DNA of 64,000 bases from Octopus vulgaris. Its lineage: Eukaryota. Below the pieces are notes generated by a model. The model had not been told where the DNA came from and ran no database searches. It worked only from the letters and a program-made list of their open reading frames with translations. Both the position numbers and the translations under genes were made by a program. The stretch spans positions 109,554,001-109,618,000 of the forward strand of contig OX597814.1 of the NCBI GenBank assembly GCA_951406725.2, in the 5' to 3' direction. Positions 1-12,098 of the stretch are shown here, piece after piece (position 1 is the first letter of the stretch; every line of letters begins with the position of its first letter).

Positions 1-1540
1 ATCATACGAGTATGCAAAAACAAATTGGTGATTTAAGGGGTATTTAGCTGTTATTTTTAGCACATCTCACTACCTCCTCTTACCGTCCTCGTTTCTCACT
101 ATGACAATATTTTTCTATTGCTAGGATTTAGGCAGAAAAATCAGACTGTCCGTATTTTGTATACAATAATTTCATTTATTATTATTATTATTTAAACTGT
201 GATTTTAAATAATTCGAAAAATTAAAATACAAAATAAAGAACTCGACTTTCGCGTGTCAAGCTAACTTTGGCTTGTGGATTCTGTAACATTTAACTCCAA
301 CTAATTAAGAAACCCCGACTTGTGGACCAGTTAAACCCTTTTAAATCGCACTTTAATTGTTCATTTCTGCTACAATTAATTGTTTATAAATGAATGTTTA
401 GTTAATTAATGTGTAATGGGTCATGTTAGGGTTGCAGTTTCGAAATAGCTATTTGTAAACTGTCCGATTGTAAACAAATTCCATCTCAATATATATGAAA
501 CTTGTAATTAAGCAAAGGATGCCAATTAAGTTTAGTAAATTTTTATCATAGCATCTGTCCGCAGACTGTGATCGGCAGACTTTCAGAAAAGCTGTCACTA
601 CCTTATGGAGAAGGAATTTCCTGTCCAAAAAATGTCATCTTTTACTTTTATAGCGCCGATTTCATTCCCTTTCCCGGTAAAACTATTATTATATCCATCT
701 CATGAGACTGGTGTAATAAAATAACAAACAACCCTAAGTTCTAGGCGCGATGTAGAGAGTTTAAGCTGTTCGTAATTAAAGCAATTAATTATGTAGCTTT
801 CAGTTTGTAAATAAAACGAGCATTATATTTATATAAGATTAAACTTCGTCAGTTGTTCATGTTTATAAGAAAAGGACAAGTTATTTCGTTATGGTAGTGG
901 AACAATGGAAGTATTTTCACGATTATTAAGGACTACGTACCTCTTTACAATATAAGCAATGGTAGTTGAGTAGCGAGGTGTTTTATATAAAACATTCAGG
1001 GTATTTGTAACACCCGCAGTCGATGGTTGGTGTCGGCAGTTTTGATAAATAGCAGAACTTGTAGGAGGAAATAATGAAAGGTGATTCGAGCTTTGATGGG
1101 TGGAGTCGAGAAAGAACTACATTAGTGTCGGAGGAAGCAGGGCTTCGTTCAGATTTGGTTATGGACTCGAATATTCTGGGAAGACTTGGGTTTTACCCGG
1201 AATTGCTAGGTGACAAAATAATTCGATATGTAATCGATCAAATAGAATGCAGTTTATTTAGACAAGAATTACGAACGTTTTAAAGTTCACAACACCATGA
1301 AAACAACCATAAAACAGAATTTGTATTTTAATAAAAAAAAAAAGGAGGGGCATAAACCCCTAAACAAAATAACAAACTGCACAGAGCCTAAAACCAGACA
1401 GTGAGCTGCACACCTAACCCCAAAACAAAGGAGCATAAATGAAGACAGCAAAGGGCACAGATTAATAAAATAAACTGTAGAAACATCAAAACAAACAGAA
1501 GTCTGAAAAGAACTAAATAAAATGCTTCAAATATTGGCAT

Positions 1541-1703
1541 TACTTAAATACAGAGGCCCCGATGCGTCTACGTAACGATATGAAGGGGAGGATTAAGGTT
1601 AGGGCTAGTTTTAGGGTTGAGGTCTACACAGCGCACATTTAAAATGTTTTGTATGTAACACCTGTATTTAAGTAGCACCGTTAAGGGACCTCTGTATTTA
1701 AGT
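1541..1703. mobile_element. small MITE-like element with terminal inverted repeats
   Basis: tacttaaatacagagg ... cctctgtatttaagta inverted pair, with internal telomere-like ggttagggctagttttagggtt. Confidence 0.55.
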
Positions 1704-2309
1704 AGTTGCGAAATATTTACATGTTGCATTTTGTACAAAAACATAAAACTGTTTATTTTTTTAATGAATTTGTGTTGTAAGATTCCTGATGCGAAACCGT
1801 GTGTTAAAACAGATATTGTTGTATTTCGGGATGGTAACTTTCTTCTTCCTTTTTTTGCCAAATAAACACACGTACTACATATTTGTTCTTCGCTCGTTTA
1901 TTATACTTCTTATTCTAATTCGTGTCCAATGTCCAGAAATCTTTCGTCACACATCTGTGCACTGTAATAAACGAGTGAAGAACGAATGAAAAGTGCGTGT
2001 TATTCAGCAAAAAGAAAAAAACAAATGACCGTCCCGAAATACAATATTTAAAAAATATTTGTGAAACTCTCATCCAACTTAGTTCATGTCTATGAAAATA
2101 TTGGTTTCAAATTTTGGCACAAGGCCAGCAATTTCGGGGGAGAAGCTAAATCGATTACATCGATCCCAGTGCTAATCGGCAACTTATTTTATCCGATACA
2201 AAAAGATGAAAGACAAAGTCAACCCCCACCTACCCACCAAAAAAAGAAAGAAAGAAAGAAGGTACTTCATTGGATCGCAGATTCTATCACACAACTTGAT
2301 CTGACTGAC

Positions 2310-2540
2310 CTATTTCTTTATTACCCACAAGGGGCTAAACATAGAAGGGACAAACAAGGACAGACATAGGTATTAAGTCGATTACATCGACCCCAGTGCG
2401 TAACTGGTACTTAATTTATCGACCCCGAAAGGATGAAAGGTAAAGTCGACCTCGGCGGAATTTGAACTCACAACGTAACGGCAGACGAAATACGGCTAAG
2501 CATTTCGCCCGACGTGCTAACGTTTCTGCCAGCTCGCCGA
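2310..2540 (-). mobile_element. tRNA-derived SINE family A (ggcgagctggcagaa...gagttcaaattcc head)
   Basis: B-box-like gagttcaaattcc on the element strand. Further copies at about 7387-7620, 27747-27965, 32550-32780, 34281-34661, 48637-48843, 49260-49690, 60470-60683. Confidence 0.85.
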
Positions 2541-3059
2541 TTCACACACACGCACACACATGCGCCTTTGATAACCTTTTTTTTTTAAATAATAAACTTA
2601 TCTGTTAAGCTTATGAAGTTCATAGATAATCGCACTTGTTATTTTATATTCATTGTATAATTCTTTTGTCATTGTTTAGTCAAAGGAAAACAGATAACTT
2701 ACATGGTTATTATCTGAGCTTCTAAAACTGGAAAGAGGCTGGCTGGAATTTTTTCTGGAACTGGAGAATTGGCCTAAATATTTACTACTTGATTAGTTAA
2801 GTGGATTAAGTATATAAACAAATTACAAACATGACTTTCATATGACAAATAACATTGGCAGTAAACTTTTGCTTTTCTGAGTAATATCAGGAAATCTGGT
2901 AGACATGCAATGGTTTAAATTCTATTAAATTCTTTTGTGCTCATTACTAATTGGTGAAATCACTCCAAGATTATAATTGGTGATTTTACATGACACCAGC
3001 ATAGATGCCATCTATAGGGTACTCCTAAAGTCTTGTTACCCCCTACTGAAAAATATTAA

Positions 3060-3415
3060 GAATAAAAGCACTCAGAGAGTGCAAATCTCCGCCAATGCAA
3101 CACCAATGTGCTCTCAACGATTAGGCAGAGATGGTTTTTAAAATGAGAATTTCTGAAATAAACTCGACTGCTCTCACAAACAAGAATACTAAAAATGAAG
3201 TCTGACTGCTCTCAAAAATTAAGTTAAAAAAAGCAGGAAGAATAATCCAGAATCCTTGTCTGGTACTGGATTGATCACAAAATCTAAGCAGTTTGTGCCA
3301 ATCACATGGTCAAACATCCCTAAAAGTTTCATCCAAATCCATCCAGCGGTTCTTCAGATATCTTGTCCATGGACAAACAAACATACTAACAAATGCAACT
3401 GAAAACAATACTTTG
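3060..3415 (+). repeat. interspersed repeat (gcactcagagagtgcaaat...); second copy inverted at ~29705-30060
   Basis: About 350 bp of similarity between the two loci, in opposite orientation. Confidence 0.65.
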
Positions 3416-3571
3416 CTAATGTTTTATGAATACAAGGAATAGTTTTATTCATCAAAGTATGCACCCATATTATGAATACACTTTTGCCATTTCAGCAGCA
3501 GCTTGTCCAGCCCAGAACTATAAAAGCCTGGCAATCTAGAGTCAATAAAATCTTGGAAGGCCTGTTTTACA

Positions 3572-4025
3572 GCATCATCATCATCATCATCGTTTAACAT
3601 CTGCTTTCCATGCTAGCATGGGTTTGACGATATTGACTGAGGGCGGGTGAACCAGATGGCTGCACCAGGCTTCAATCTTGATCTGGCAGAGTTTCTACAG
3701 CTGGATGCTCTTCCTAATGCCAACCACTCCGAGAGTGTTGTGGGTGCTTTTTACATGCCACGGGCATGGGGGCCAGTCAGGCGGTACTGGCAATGACCTC
3801 ACTTGAATCTTTTTACACATGCCACCGGCACGGGTGCCAGTAAGGCGACGTTGGTAATGATCATGCTTGAATGGTGCCCTTTTACGTGCGACTGGTACAG
3901 AAGCCAGTTGGCTGCTCTGGCAACGATCACGCTCGGATGGTGCTCTTGGCACCCTACTAGCACGGGCACAAGTGCCAGTAAGGCGATACTGGTAATGATC
4001 ACACTCAAATGGTGCCCTTTTATCA
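3572..4025 (-). mobile_element. SINE-like family C (aggaagggcatccagctgtagaaa core, (GAT)n tail)
   Basis: Shared core and tail in many copies: about 7790-8222, 12388-12552, 15085-15412, 16310-16997, 24745-25700, 30090-30603, 33585-33990, 42270-42550, 50990-51550, 56987-57370, 58190-58690. Confidence 0.85.
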
Positions 4026-4059
4026 TCGGAATTAAATTTTTTTCCTATCAAAACGTTAT

Positions 4060-4325
4060 CCAAATTCTGGAAGTAGTAGTAGTCAGCAGGGCAGCTTGTC
4101 ACAAACTGAAGAAGGTCTGGAACTCCAAATTGCCCAGGCAAACCAAAACCATGCTGTTCATTGCAAGTGTCGAACCAGTGCTCTTATATGGGAGTGAAAT
4201 TTGGACACTAATATCAAATAGGCTAAATAGATGTTACACAAGGATGCAACAAATGGCCCTAAATGTAAAATGGCAGCAACATATGACAAATGAATGCCTT
4301 TATGGAGTCCAGGCAGTTAAGTAAT
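4060..4325 (+). mobile_element. RTE-clade LINE fragment (C-terminal to RT)
   Basis: KLKKVWNSKLPRQTKTMLFIASVEPVLLYGSEIWTL...CYTRMQQMALNVKWQQHMTN. Confidence 0.75.
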
Positions 4326-5039
4326 CCATTACCATAGCACGGAATGCATTGACGAAGGAAAGTTCATTATTGTTTGGTGATCCACAATTCCAATGTTATC
4401 TAAAGAAGAATGGGATCTTAAGTGTGTCATAGAAGTTTTGAAAGTCATGGTCTTACACCAAAACCATCTAATGATGACTCTGTTCAGAAGGCTGTAATAT
4501 GTCATTCGATAAAGAAACACAATACAATGAATTCATAGAACAAAGCTGTAACTTTAAATACTTTTACTCTTGGTCTCAGATTTATACAAGTTGAATGATA
4601 ATGGAAAGAGTTCATAAGTGAAGGGCCATGTTCATCTTCTGTGTACCACTTCACGCCTGCTAGCTGTCTGTGTTTGTGTGAGAGCCAGCTAGGTCATGTC
4701 TTTACAGTCTGGCATCTTGACGAGAAAGAGGGAGTGCGAGGGCTTAGTGTCTGAACCTTAGTACTGTGTGTGCCCTCTGGTGGCCTGCCAATTTAGGCAC
4801 CCACCATCAGGGGAGATAACTGTGCCTACAGAAGCATAATAAAAACAAATGAATGGCTTATCTGATACTGTTACAGTTGTGTCATTAAGAGTCTTTATTG
4901 TGATGTAAACGTGGCACAGCCAGGTATGCTTATATGCGCAACATCCATAAAAATATGTTATGTAACTCTCAACTCATCAGGTTTACCAAATATTCAAGCA
5001 AGCAGTGACATGCTGATGAATCAGCAGTTTATCAACAAG

Positions 5040-5632
5040 TGAAGTTTTGGCCAATCCACGCACAACTGTTCAAGAGCTTACTTCTGTATTAGATGTAACT
5101 TATACGACAATTTCCAACCACTTGAAAGAGACTGGAAAAACACAAATACTTGAGAAATCGGTGCCGCACATATTGAATGACACCCCCTTCCCAAAAAAAA
5201 ACGACGTGTTGAAGTGTCATCTTCCCTTCATTTACGGAACAAGAGCGACCCGTTTCTCGACTGGATTGTGACTTGCAATGAAAAGTGGATTCTTTATGAC
5301 AACTGGTGATGCTCAGCTCAGTGGTTGGCCACCAACGAAATTCCACGGTATTTCCCAAAGCCAAAGTTGCACCAAAAGAAGGTCATGGTGACTGGTGGTC
5401 TGCGGTCAGTCTCATCCATCACAGCTTTTTGGATCCAGGCAAAACCATTACGGCAGAGAATTACTGTCAGCAAATGGAAGAAATGCATAAGAAACTCCGA
5501 CAACAGTCAACATTGGTCAAAAGTGTGTTGATTCTGATGGTGTTTATTTTGATTAATAAAGTTTCGTTTGAGCCGAGATATGTGCATCTGAATTTAAAGG
5601 TTAAAAACCGCAAGAACTTTCTTGACTACCTA
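5040..5632 (+). mobile_element. degenerate mariner transposase fragment with right TIR
   Basis: NPRTTVQEL, VPHIL, IVTCNEKWILYDN, PKPKLHQKKVMV, frameshifted. TIR-like aaccgcaagaactttcttgactacctag followed by TA. Confidence 0.85.
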
Positions 5633-5816
5633 GTACAATTTAAATATGCAAATAAGCTTTTAAATTTGATTGGTTGATTGATTTTCAAAACATAACGATG
5701 TAATCTCTATATAGAGGGATTACACCATTGGCAGTAGGCGAAAATTTACAGAGACATGTAAAATGAGGCGAGGAAGCAACTGGACTAGGTTAGCAATCTC
5801 CATCTCAAAAGCTATG

Positions 5817-5830
5817 GTTACTAGGGCAAC
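5817..5830. promoter_or_regulatory. RFX X-box-like motif GTTACTAGGGCAAC
   Basis: Near match to the X-box consensus GTNRCC/T-N(0-3)-RGYAAC, in non-repetitive CpG-retaining sequence upstream of a GTGAGT donor at 6099. Confidence 0.55.
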
Positions 5831-5976
5831 AAAACACGTTTTCGATCGATTCTACAAGCTGTGGAGGTCATGTTTTGTGGGCGATTTTAATAAAAGGCAC
5901 ATTTGCGTAATCTACAGGTTCTGTTTAATAATTCGTTGATTTTTTGTGGAAATTGTTGTTTAAAAGAAAAGATTTT

Positions 5977-6098
5977 ATGAAGAGATTGGGAAAAATGGGA
6001 AGGGTGGACTGGCATGTGCAACCTGATCACTTCTGCCACTCAAACTCCCGACTCATGCGTTCACGTTGCGACTCTGATTCTGCAAAATTGAGTTGGAT
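5977..6098 (+). CDS. candidate first exon (coding or uORF) of an unidentified transcript
   Basis: ATG at 5977 is open for 40 codons to a strong donor AT|GTGAGT (phase 2), downstream of the X-box. No homology recognised. Confidence 0.3.
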
Positions 6099-6178
6099 GT
6101 GAGTAATCGCTTTTTGAGAGGCTGAATTGTCTATTTGCATACTTGTCTTATTTCAATCAATTTTTTTAATAAACTTTC

Positions 6179-6611
6179 TGTAACAGGATGAGAGGTCCCC
6201 GAACTGGATTGGGTGCAGCTCACATCCTTTACATTAAAAACATTAATCGAAGGAAAGAGTCAAGATTTCCGATTAACTTCAACAGTATAAATATTTATTT
6301 CTTGATTCGCAATATATACATTCTAATTTCAGGGTGAATCGGCAGCCTAGGAGCTTATCGCAGTGGTCAAGTGGAGTGAGCCAAATCCTGTCTGTTCAAG
6401 CATAGCGGAGATATGCCATGAGGTAACAGCTTGAGAGAACTGATATAACACGACTGTCCTGTTCAGCAACTGGCGTTCAAGAGAACGATATGAGGAAATT
6501 TCGCTGCTGCTAGTTTTCTGCACATGCGCATGAGGGAACTTCCGGCAGGCGTCCCAGATGAACCCAACTCTGTGCATGCATACTGGAGATTTCCAAGATG
6601 GCATCACTACA
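6179..6611 (-). mobile_element. solo LTR (TG...CA) with 4-bp TSD TTTC
   Basis: Starts TGTAAC, ends CACTACA, flanked on both sides by TTTC (6175-6178 and 6612-6615). AATAAA on the minus strand near 6294. Confidence 0.72.
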
Positions 6612-6876
6612 TTTCCATTATTCTTAAGGAATTTTCATTTTTTTTAAATGTGGCGGTTCGAAAATAGACCCGAATGAAATCGGGTCAAAAAGCTAGTATT
6701 TGTTTACAAGCTGGGTGTCTGGTGGGGTTTGAAAATTACCAGTAAGGTACAAATATAAATATAAATATTATAAGATTGAGAAAAGTCCTCGCTTAGAATG
6801 GTGGGGAAAGCCGAGAAAATAATTAATTAATTGACAATAATTAATAGTGAAATGGGATTGCAAGATGGATGTTTAA

Positions 6877-7097
6877 CCCTTTTATTACTGTATTTCTGTT
6901 GAGATGCTCTGTGTTTCTTTCAATTACTTTAAATATAACAAAGAATTTAGTAAAATAACTTAGTTATCATTAAGCTAGTGTTAGGAACATAAATTGCAAC
7001 TAAGGTTTAGCGGAAGATTTTAATTCAAAACTTATGAAAACAAGACATTTGTACTACAGAGCCAGAGCCAGTTTCAGCTGGGTTGGTATCAAAGCGG
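6877..7097. mobile_element. piggyBac-type MITE (TTAA-CCCTTT...); other copies 49716-49934 and 62450-62671, partial ~60737-60900 and ~62700-62800
   Basis: Copy 62450-62671 has CCCTTTCG...CGAAAGGG termini and TTAA on both sides; the internal sequence is shared among copies. Confidence 0.75.
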
Positions 7098-7263
7098 TTT
7101 TAAAAATGAGATAAAAATAAATGATATTAAAGTAAATAGAGAATGCAATAACAAATGGACAATTTTTCAGCTTCAATAAAAGCATATTGCTCTACCTTCT
7201 GTATTCGAGTACTATTTTTTCCATCTTGTTTTGCATTTATGTACTCACCTGTGTGTACATATA

Positions 7264-8385
7264 CAGGATATCCTAAAAGGCACTAATGAGTTTTAATTTT
7301 TAATAACTTCCTTAACTTTACAAATAAATGCATGAAATTTTGATGCAATATAAAGGACATAATGGAAATTAATACGTCTTAAGAAAGGCGGCGAGCTGGC
7401 AGAAATGTTAGCACGTCGGGCGAAATGCATAGCCGTATTTCGTCTGCCATTACGTTCTGAGTTTAAATTCCGCCAAGGTCGACTTTGCCTTTCATCCTTT
7501 TGGGGTCGATAAATTAAGTACCAGTTACACACTGGAGTCAATGTAATCAACTTAATCTGTTTGTCTGCCCTTGTTTGTCCCCTATGTGTTTAGCCCCTTG
7601 TGAGTAATAAAGAAATAGGAAATTAATATGTCCAAGTCAAGTTTTGCAACACCACTATATCACATATGAAAAAGGACATCACTTAAATGGCAACCATTTT
7701 CGGCTTTGCACGGCTGTACTCTTTCCAAAACTTGCTCCATAACACCCTCAAGAGTTTCAGACCCCGCTTCTTTTATTTTGCTATTGATGTTGGATTGTAC
7801 CTTGGATCGTAGGGTGACCTGCTGTGCTTGAGGGGACCTATTGAGTCAAGTACATCAACATCAAAATAAATATCAAATGGAAATTGTAGTTGTGATACCT
7901 GTGCTGGTGGCACATAAAAAGCACCATCTGAACGTGGCCGATGCCAGCGCCGCCTTGACTGGCTTCTGTGCCGGTGGCACGTAAAAAGCACCAACCAATC
8001 ATGGCCGCTGCCAGCCTCTCCTGGCACCTGTGCTGGTGGCACATAAAAAGCACCCACTACACTCACGAAGTGGTTGGCGTTAGGAAGGGCATCCAGCTGT
8101 AGAAACACTGCCAGATCAGACTGGAGCCTAGTGCAGCCGCCTGGCTTCCCAGACCCTGGTCAAACCGTCCAACCCATGCTAGCATGGAAAACGGACGTTA
8201 AACGATGATGATGATGATGATGTTTTCCTTCAGTTACACTAGGGTCTCCAGTTTGTTGACATAAACCCTCTCTTTCAGGTATCCCCACAAGAAAAAAATC
8301 TGGGTTAGCCAAGTCATTCATGTATTTGTAAAGTTAAGGATTTTATTAAAAATTGAAATCCATCAGTGGCTTTTGGGACACTCTG
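7264..8385 (-). mobile_element. internally deleted Tc1/mariner element of DD37D/DD41D type, interrupted by two SINEs
   Basis: TA-flanked imperfect TIRs (caggatatcctaaaaggcact / agtggcttttgggacactctg). Minus-strand remnants DFFLWGYLKERVY and CKAENGCHLSDVLFH. Confidence 0.7.
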
Positions 8386-8831
8386 TATGTGTGCGTGTGT
8401 ATAAGGGTGCATTGCTGTGAAGGTGCATGGCTCAATAGTTAGAGCATTGGGCTCACAATCACAAAGTAATGAGTTCCATTTCCACACCGGGTTGTGTGGC
8501 GCTCTTGAGCAAGACACTTTATTTCACATTGCTCCAATTCACTCAGCTGTAGAAATAAGTTGTGATGTTACAGGTGCCAAACTGTATTGGCCCCTTTGCC
8601 TTTCCCTTGGATGACATCAGTGGCGTGGAAAGGGGAAGTTAGTATTCATGGGCAACTGCTGGTCTTCCATAAAACAACCTTGCCCGGACTTGTGCTTGGA
8701 GGGTAACTTTCTAGGTGCAATCCCATGCTCATTCATGACTGAAGGGATCTTTACCCTTTTATATATATATATACAAATGGCTGAATGAATTATCCTTTGT
8801 TTACCGTTAACATGGAAAATTCAATAAACAG

Positions 8832-8886
8832 CTACCAGGGTAGCAAAATTCATGCAAGTAACAAAGATGTAGTGACCTATTCAAAG
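8832..8886 (+). CDS. candidate exon YQGSKIHASNKDVVTYSK
   Basis: cag acceptor (weak pyrimidine tract) and AAG|GTAGAA donor. Phase 2 in, 0 out, compatible with 5977-6098. Confidence 0.25.
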
Positions 8887-9279
8887 GTAGAAACTCCGGA
8901 TTAATGTGCAGTAATTTGTGTAGTATAAGTAAATAAATGGAGTTGAATGCAGATGCTATTCAAATTCTTTTACTTTCAACATATGTTTCGAAAACAATAT
9001 TGGTTTTATTCTAAAGGAATAAACGGTGTAAAATGCAATCTTCTCATCAGGAAAGAGAGAGAACCTATCTCTACAAGACATTATAACAATTTTGATGACT
9101 GCATATATATATATAATATAATATAATTTGGGTAGTAATCTCAAAACGTGCATTTCAAAGTTCTTATACAGTTCTTGGTTACTCTATGCCATCATTAAGA
9201 GCAGTGCTGTCAAAGTCACTCACTCACTGTTGCTTTTTTTAAAAATTTTTATCGAAGCATCATCCAGTCAGGCTGATTG

Positions 9280-11070
9280 CTTGGGCCAGCCTGACTACCC
9301 CTCTCCATCCCTCCTCATCCTCCATTAATGTTTTTAGGTCTTCAACTTGACATCCAAGATCTGCAAGCTGTTCTATATATACTCTTCCGTGGTCTTCCAG
9401 CTGCTGTGGTACCATGATTTGGTGTCCACAGCAACACATTATTCACAAGTTCTTCACTTCTTCAGCAGTGGCCAACAAACCTCAATCTTCACTCTTGGAC
9501 GGCTGATGAGAAACATTCCCTTATAACCGTGGTTTTATTGGGTGCTCCTTCCAAGAGATGTTGAGCACTGCATGTAAGATTCTGGTGTAGGCACCGTCCA
9601 GCATGCACCTATGTCTCTTGGTGAGAGTCCAAGTCAGAGATCCATATACAAACACAGATTCAACAACTGCTCTGAAAAATTGTCTTTCAATTTATCTGGT
9701 AGGGTTGATTTCCATATTGTTCTAAGACCATCTTTCGCTGCCCAATATTGTTCTAAGGCCATCTTTCCATATTGTTCTAAGACCATCTTTCCATATTGTT
9801 CTAAGACCATCTTTCGCTGCCCAAGCCTTAGCAATGCAAGATTTAATATCTTTTTCAGGGGACATAATATTGCTGCCATTTTTCAAGGGCTTCTGTTTGA
9901 TGTTCCTGATTTCACCTGATGTGTTCAGGGTGATAAACTCTGTTTTCTTTTCATTCACATATAGTCTTATATTTGCAGCAGCATTTTCCAGGAGATGGAG
10001 TAAATGTTCAGTAGCTTTTGTGCTGTCTGTGAAGAGCACTCTGTCATCAGCATAACTGGTATCACTCAAGCAGGCTGCTGGATATTTTTTGCTTCTAGAC
10101 TTTTGTAAAGTGAAACCCAGATCATTGTGTTAATCTATTGAGGTACACAATACTTAATCAAGACACAGGATGAACAAGTAAGGAGCTACTGTGCCACCCT
10201 ATAGTACTCCTGCATGAACATCAAGGGAGTCAGCATTTCCATCTGGTGACTGCACTTTTGCTTAGGTGTTTTTATACAGCATTATTACTACATTTATTTT
10301 TCGTTTTTGGATTTGGTTTGCAAGATTCTTTATATGAGTTCGTGTGTTGAAGCATATTCTATTGTGTCTGGGGAGAGTAATTTTCTTTTTGTGCCTTATA
10401 ATGTAACACACTCACCGGTAAAATTTCTACTTTTTTCTTATTTTTATTGTCCTAAAATTTTCGTTTTTGTTGCATCTTGAACTATTGAAAATGTTGCAAG
10501 ATGCAACGAAAACGAAAATTTTAGGACAATAAAAATAAGAAAAATGTAGAAATTTTACCGGTGAGTGTGTTACATAATAAGGCACAAAAAGAAAATGACT
10601 CTCCCCAGACACAATAGAATACTGCATTTATTGTTTCGTCAGGGATTCCATATTCCGTAATGATTTCTGCCATCTTATCTCTGCGTACAGAGTCAAAGGC
10701 CTTGGAGAAATCAACAAAGAGCAGAACTGCATTAAGGTTTTTGGCTCGTACTCCTTCCAACATCCTCCTAACTGTGAGAATTTGACCAGATGTAGAGCGG
10801 GTCTTCCTCAATCCATTTTGATTTTTCTTAAGAACTCTTTCAATTTGAGGTTGGATTCGATTGAGTAGAAATGCATTATAAATCTTCACTACAATTGGTG
10901 TTAATGTAATTCCTCTGTAGTTCATTGCAAAGCCCAGATTCCCTTTTTTGTGGAAAGGCAGAATACATCCTTCTGTCCAGACTTTTATCTCACTTTGAGA
11001 AGAATGTCTTGAAATTGCTGGTTTTCTAGACTTCAGGAAGGATGTCGTCCAATCTTGCAGCTTTTTGAAT
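9280..11070 (-). mobile_element. degenerate RTE-clade LINE (RT domain)
   Basis: NYRGITLT...QNGLRKTRST...FVDFSKAFDSV and YADD, with stops and frameshifts. Contains a hairpin insertion and a short tandem duplication at ~9715-9820. Confidence 0.9.
10299..10619. mobile_element. palindromic insertion (~125-bp arms) with 13-bp TSD
   Basis: Arms 10355-10479 and 10497-10621 are near-perfect reverse complements. Flanks are tactacatttatt and tactgcatttatt. Confidence 0.8.
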
Positions 11071-12026
11071 ATAAAACTGGAAAACTGAAAGTTAAAGCCA
11101 AAACTGAAAGTTAAATTTCCTTGTAAATGTTTACATCATGGTGAATACCTCCAAGCTGGCATTTATGTAGAAAACACTGGTGGTGCTGTTGTTGAGTGAA
11201 ATGGCTCCTAGGAGAGGTTAATGAAAACTCAAGTGTTATGTATAAATGCAGGCTACATCCTGTAGGTTTCTGTTATACTTAAATCATATGGTATATTAGA
11301 ATATTTAAAAGAGTAGAGCATTAATTGTTGCAGTCCATTGAATAAGGTACTGTTTAGTATTTTTTAAATTATCAATATATTTTTTCATTACTATATTTCT
11401 GACCAAAATACACCCCTCATGAGTTTCAATTAAATTCTAAAATAATCGTGAATTTAGGCTTGTTTCATTAAATAACTCTAACTTTTTTACTTTTTCTCGA
11501 TATCTCCCTATTTTCCGTAGAAAAAGCTTTAAATTCGGAATCAATGCTTAATAACATGAAACTCCTATCCATTTTCAAAGTTGAAGAAAAATCGTTGCCG
11601 AAAAAAATGTGGCAAAAAATCTCCCAAAATTCACTGAGTTGAGATATCACTTCAAGCAATGTTGGATACTATAACCCAACTATTTACAAAGTGAAATCAC
11701 ATGTTTTAACAAATGTACCAATGAGATTTGGGTTCAAATTTACATTTAAATAACAATAGGTTCTCTTGGCCGGTTACGGCCGGGTTGATATTATGAACCA
11801 AAAAATTTTTCGGCCGGGTTGCAGTTTAGAACTTTTTCTTTTCTCTGTTTCATAGTGCATGTTCTGTCTTTGAAATGCAAGAACTACTTGTTAACAAGAA
11901 TGCATGGTGCCATACTAACATTGTTTCCTTCGTTCCTTTTATTTTCACTTTGTGAAATAAACTAATAGGACATTATGAGGTAATCTAAGCAGATTTTGGC
12001 TTGAAAGAGAAAGCCTTGCTTCTTAG

Positions 12027-12098
12027 ATATATTTTGGTGTTACATATTCTACACTTTCACAACTGGAACTGGAACTGTTAAAGAGGCTGCATTGTGAG
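12027..12098 (+). CDS. candidate exon IYFGVTYSTLSQLELELLKRLHCE
   Basis: Acceptor cttgcttcttag and donor GAG|GTGTGT. 72 nt, open, phase 0-0. Confidence 0.3.

Noticed and set aside
1074-1283. 69-aa + strand ORF in CpG-rich unique sequence
   Set aside because: No recognisable homology or splice support; the minus-strand interpretation is at least as plausible.
3695-4324. Recurrent ORFs such as RAPFERDRYQ / FLQLDALPNANH across the window
   Set aside because: Translations of SINE-like family C in various frames, not a protein family.
7387-7480. tRNA-like sequences with A/B boxes
   Set aside because: These are SINE heads present in many copies, without a complete cloverleaf.
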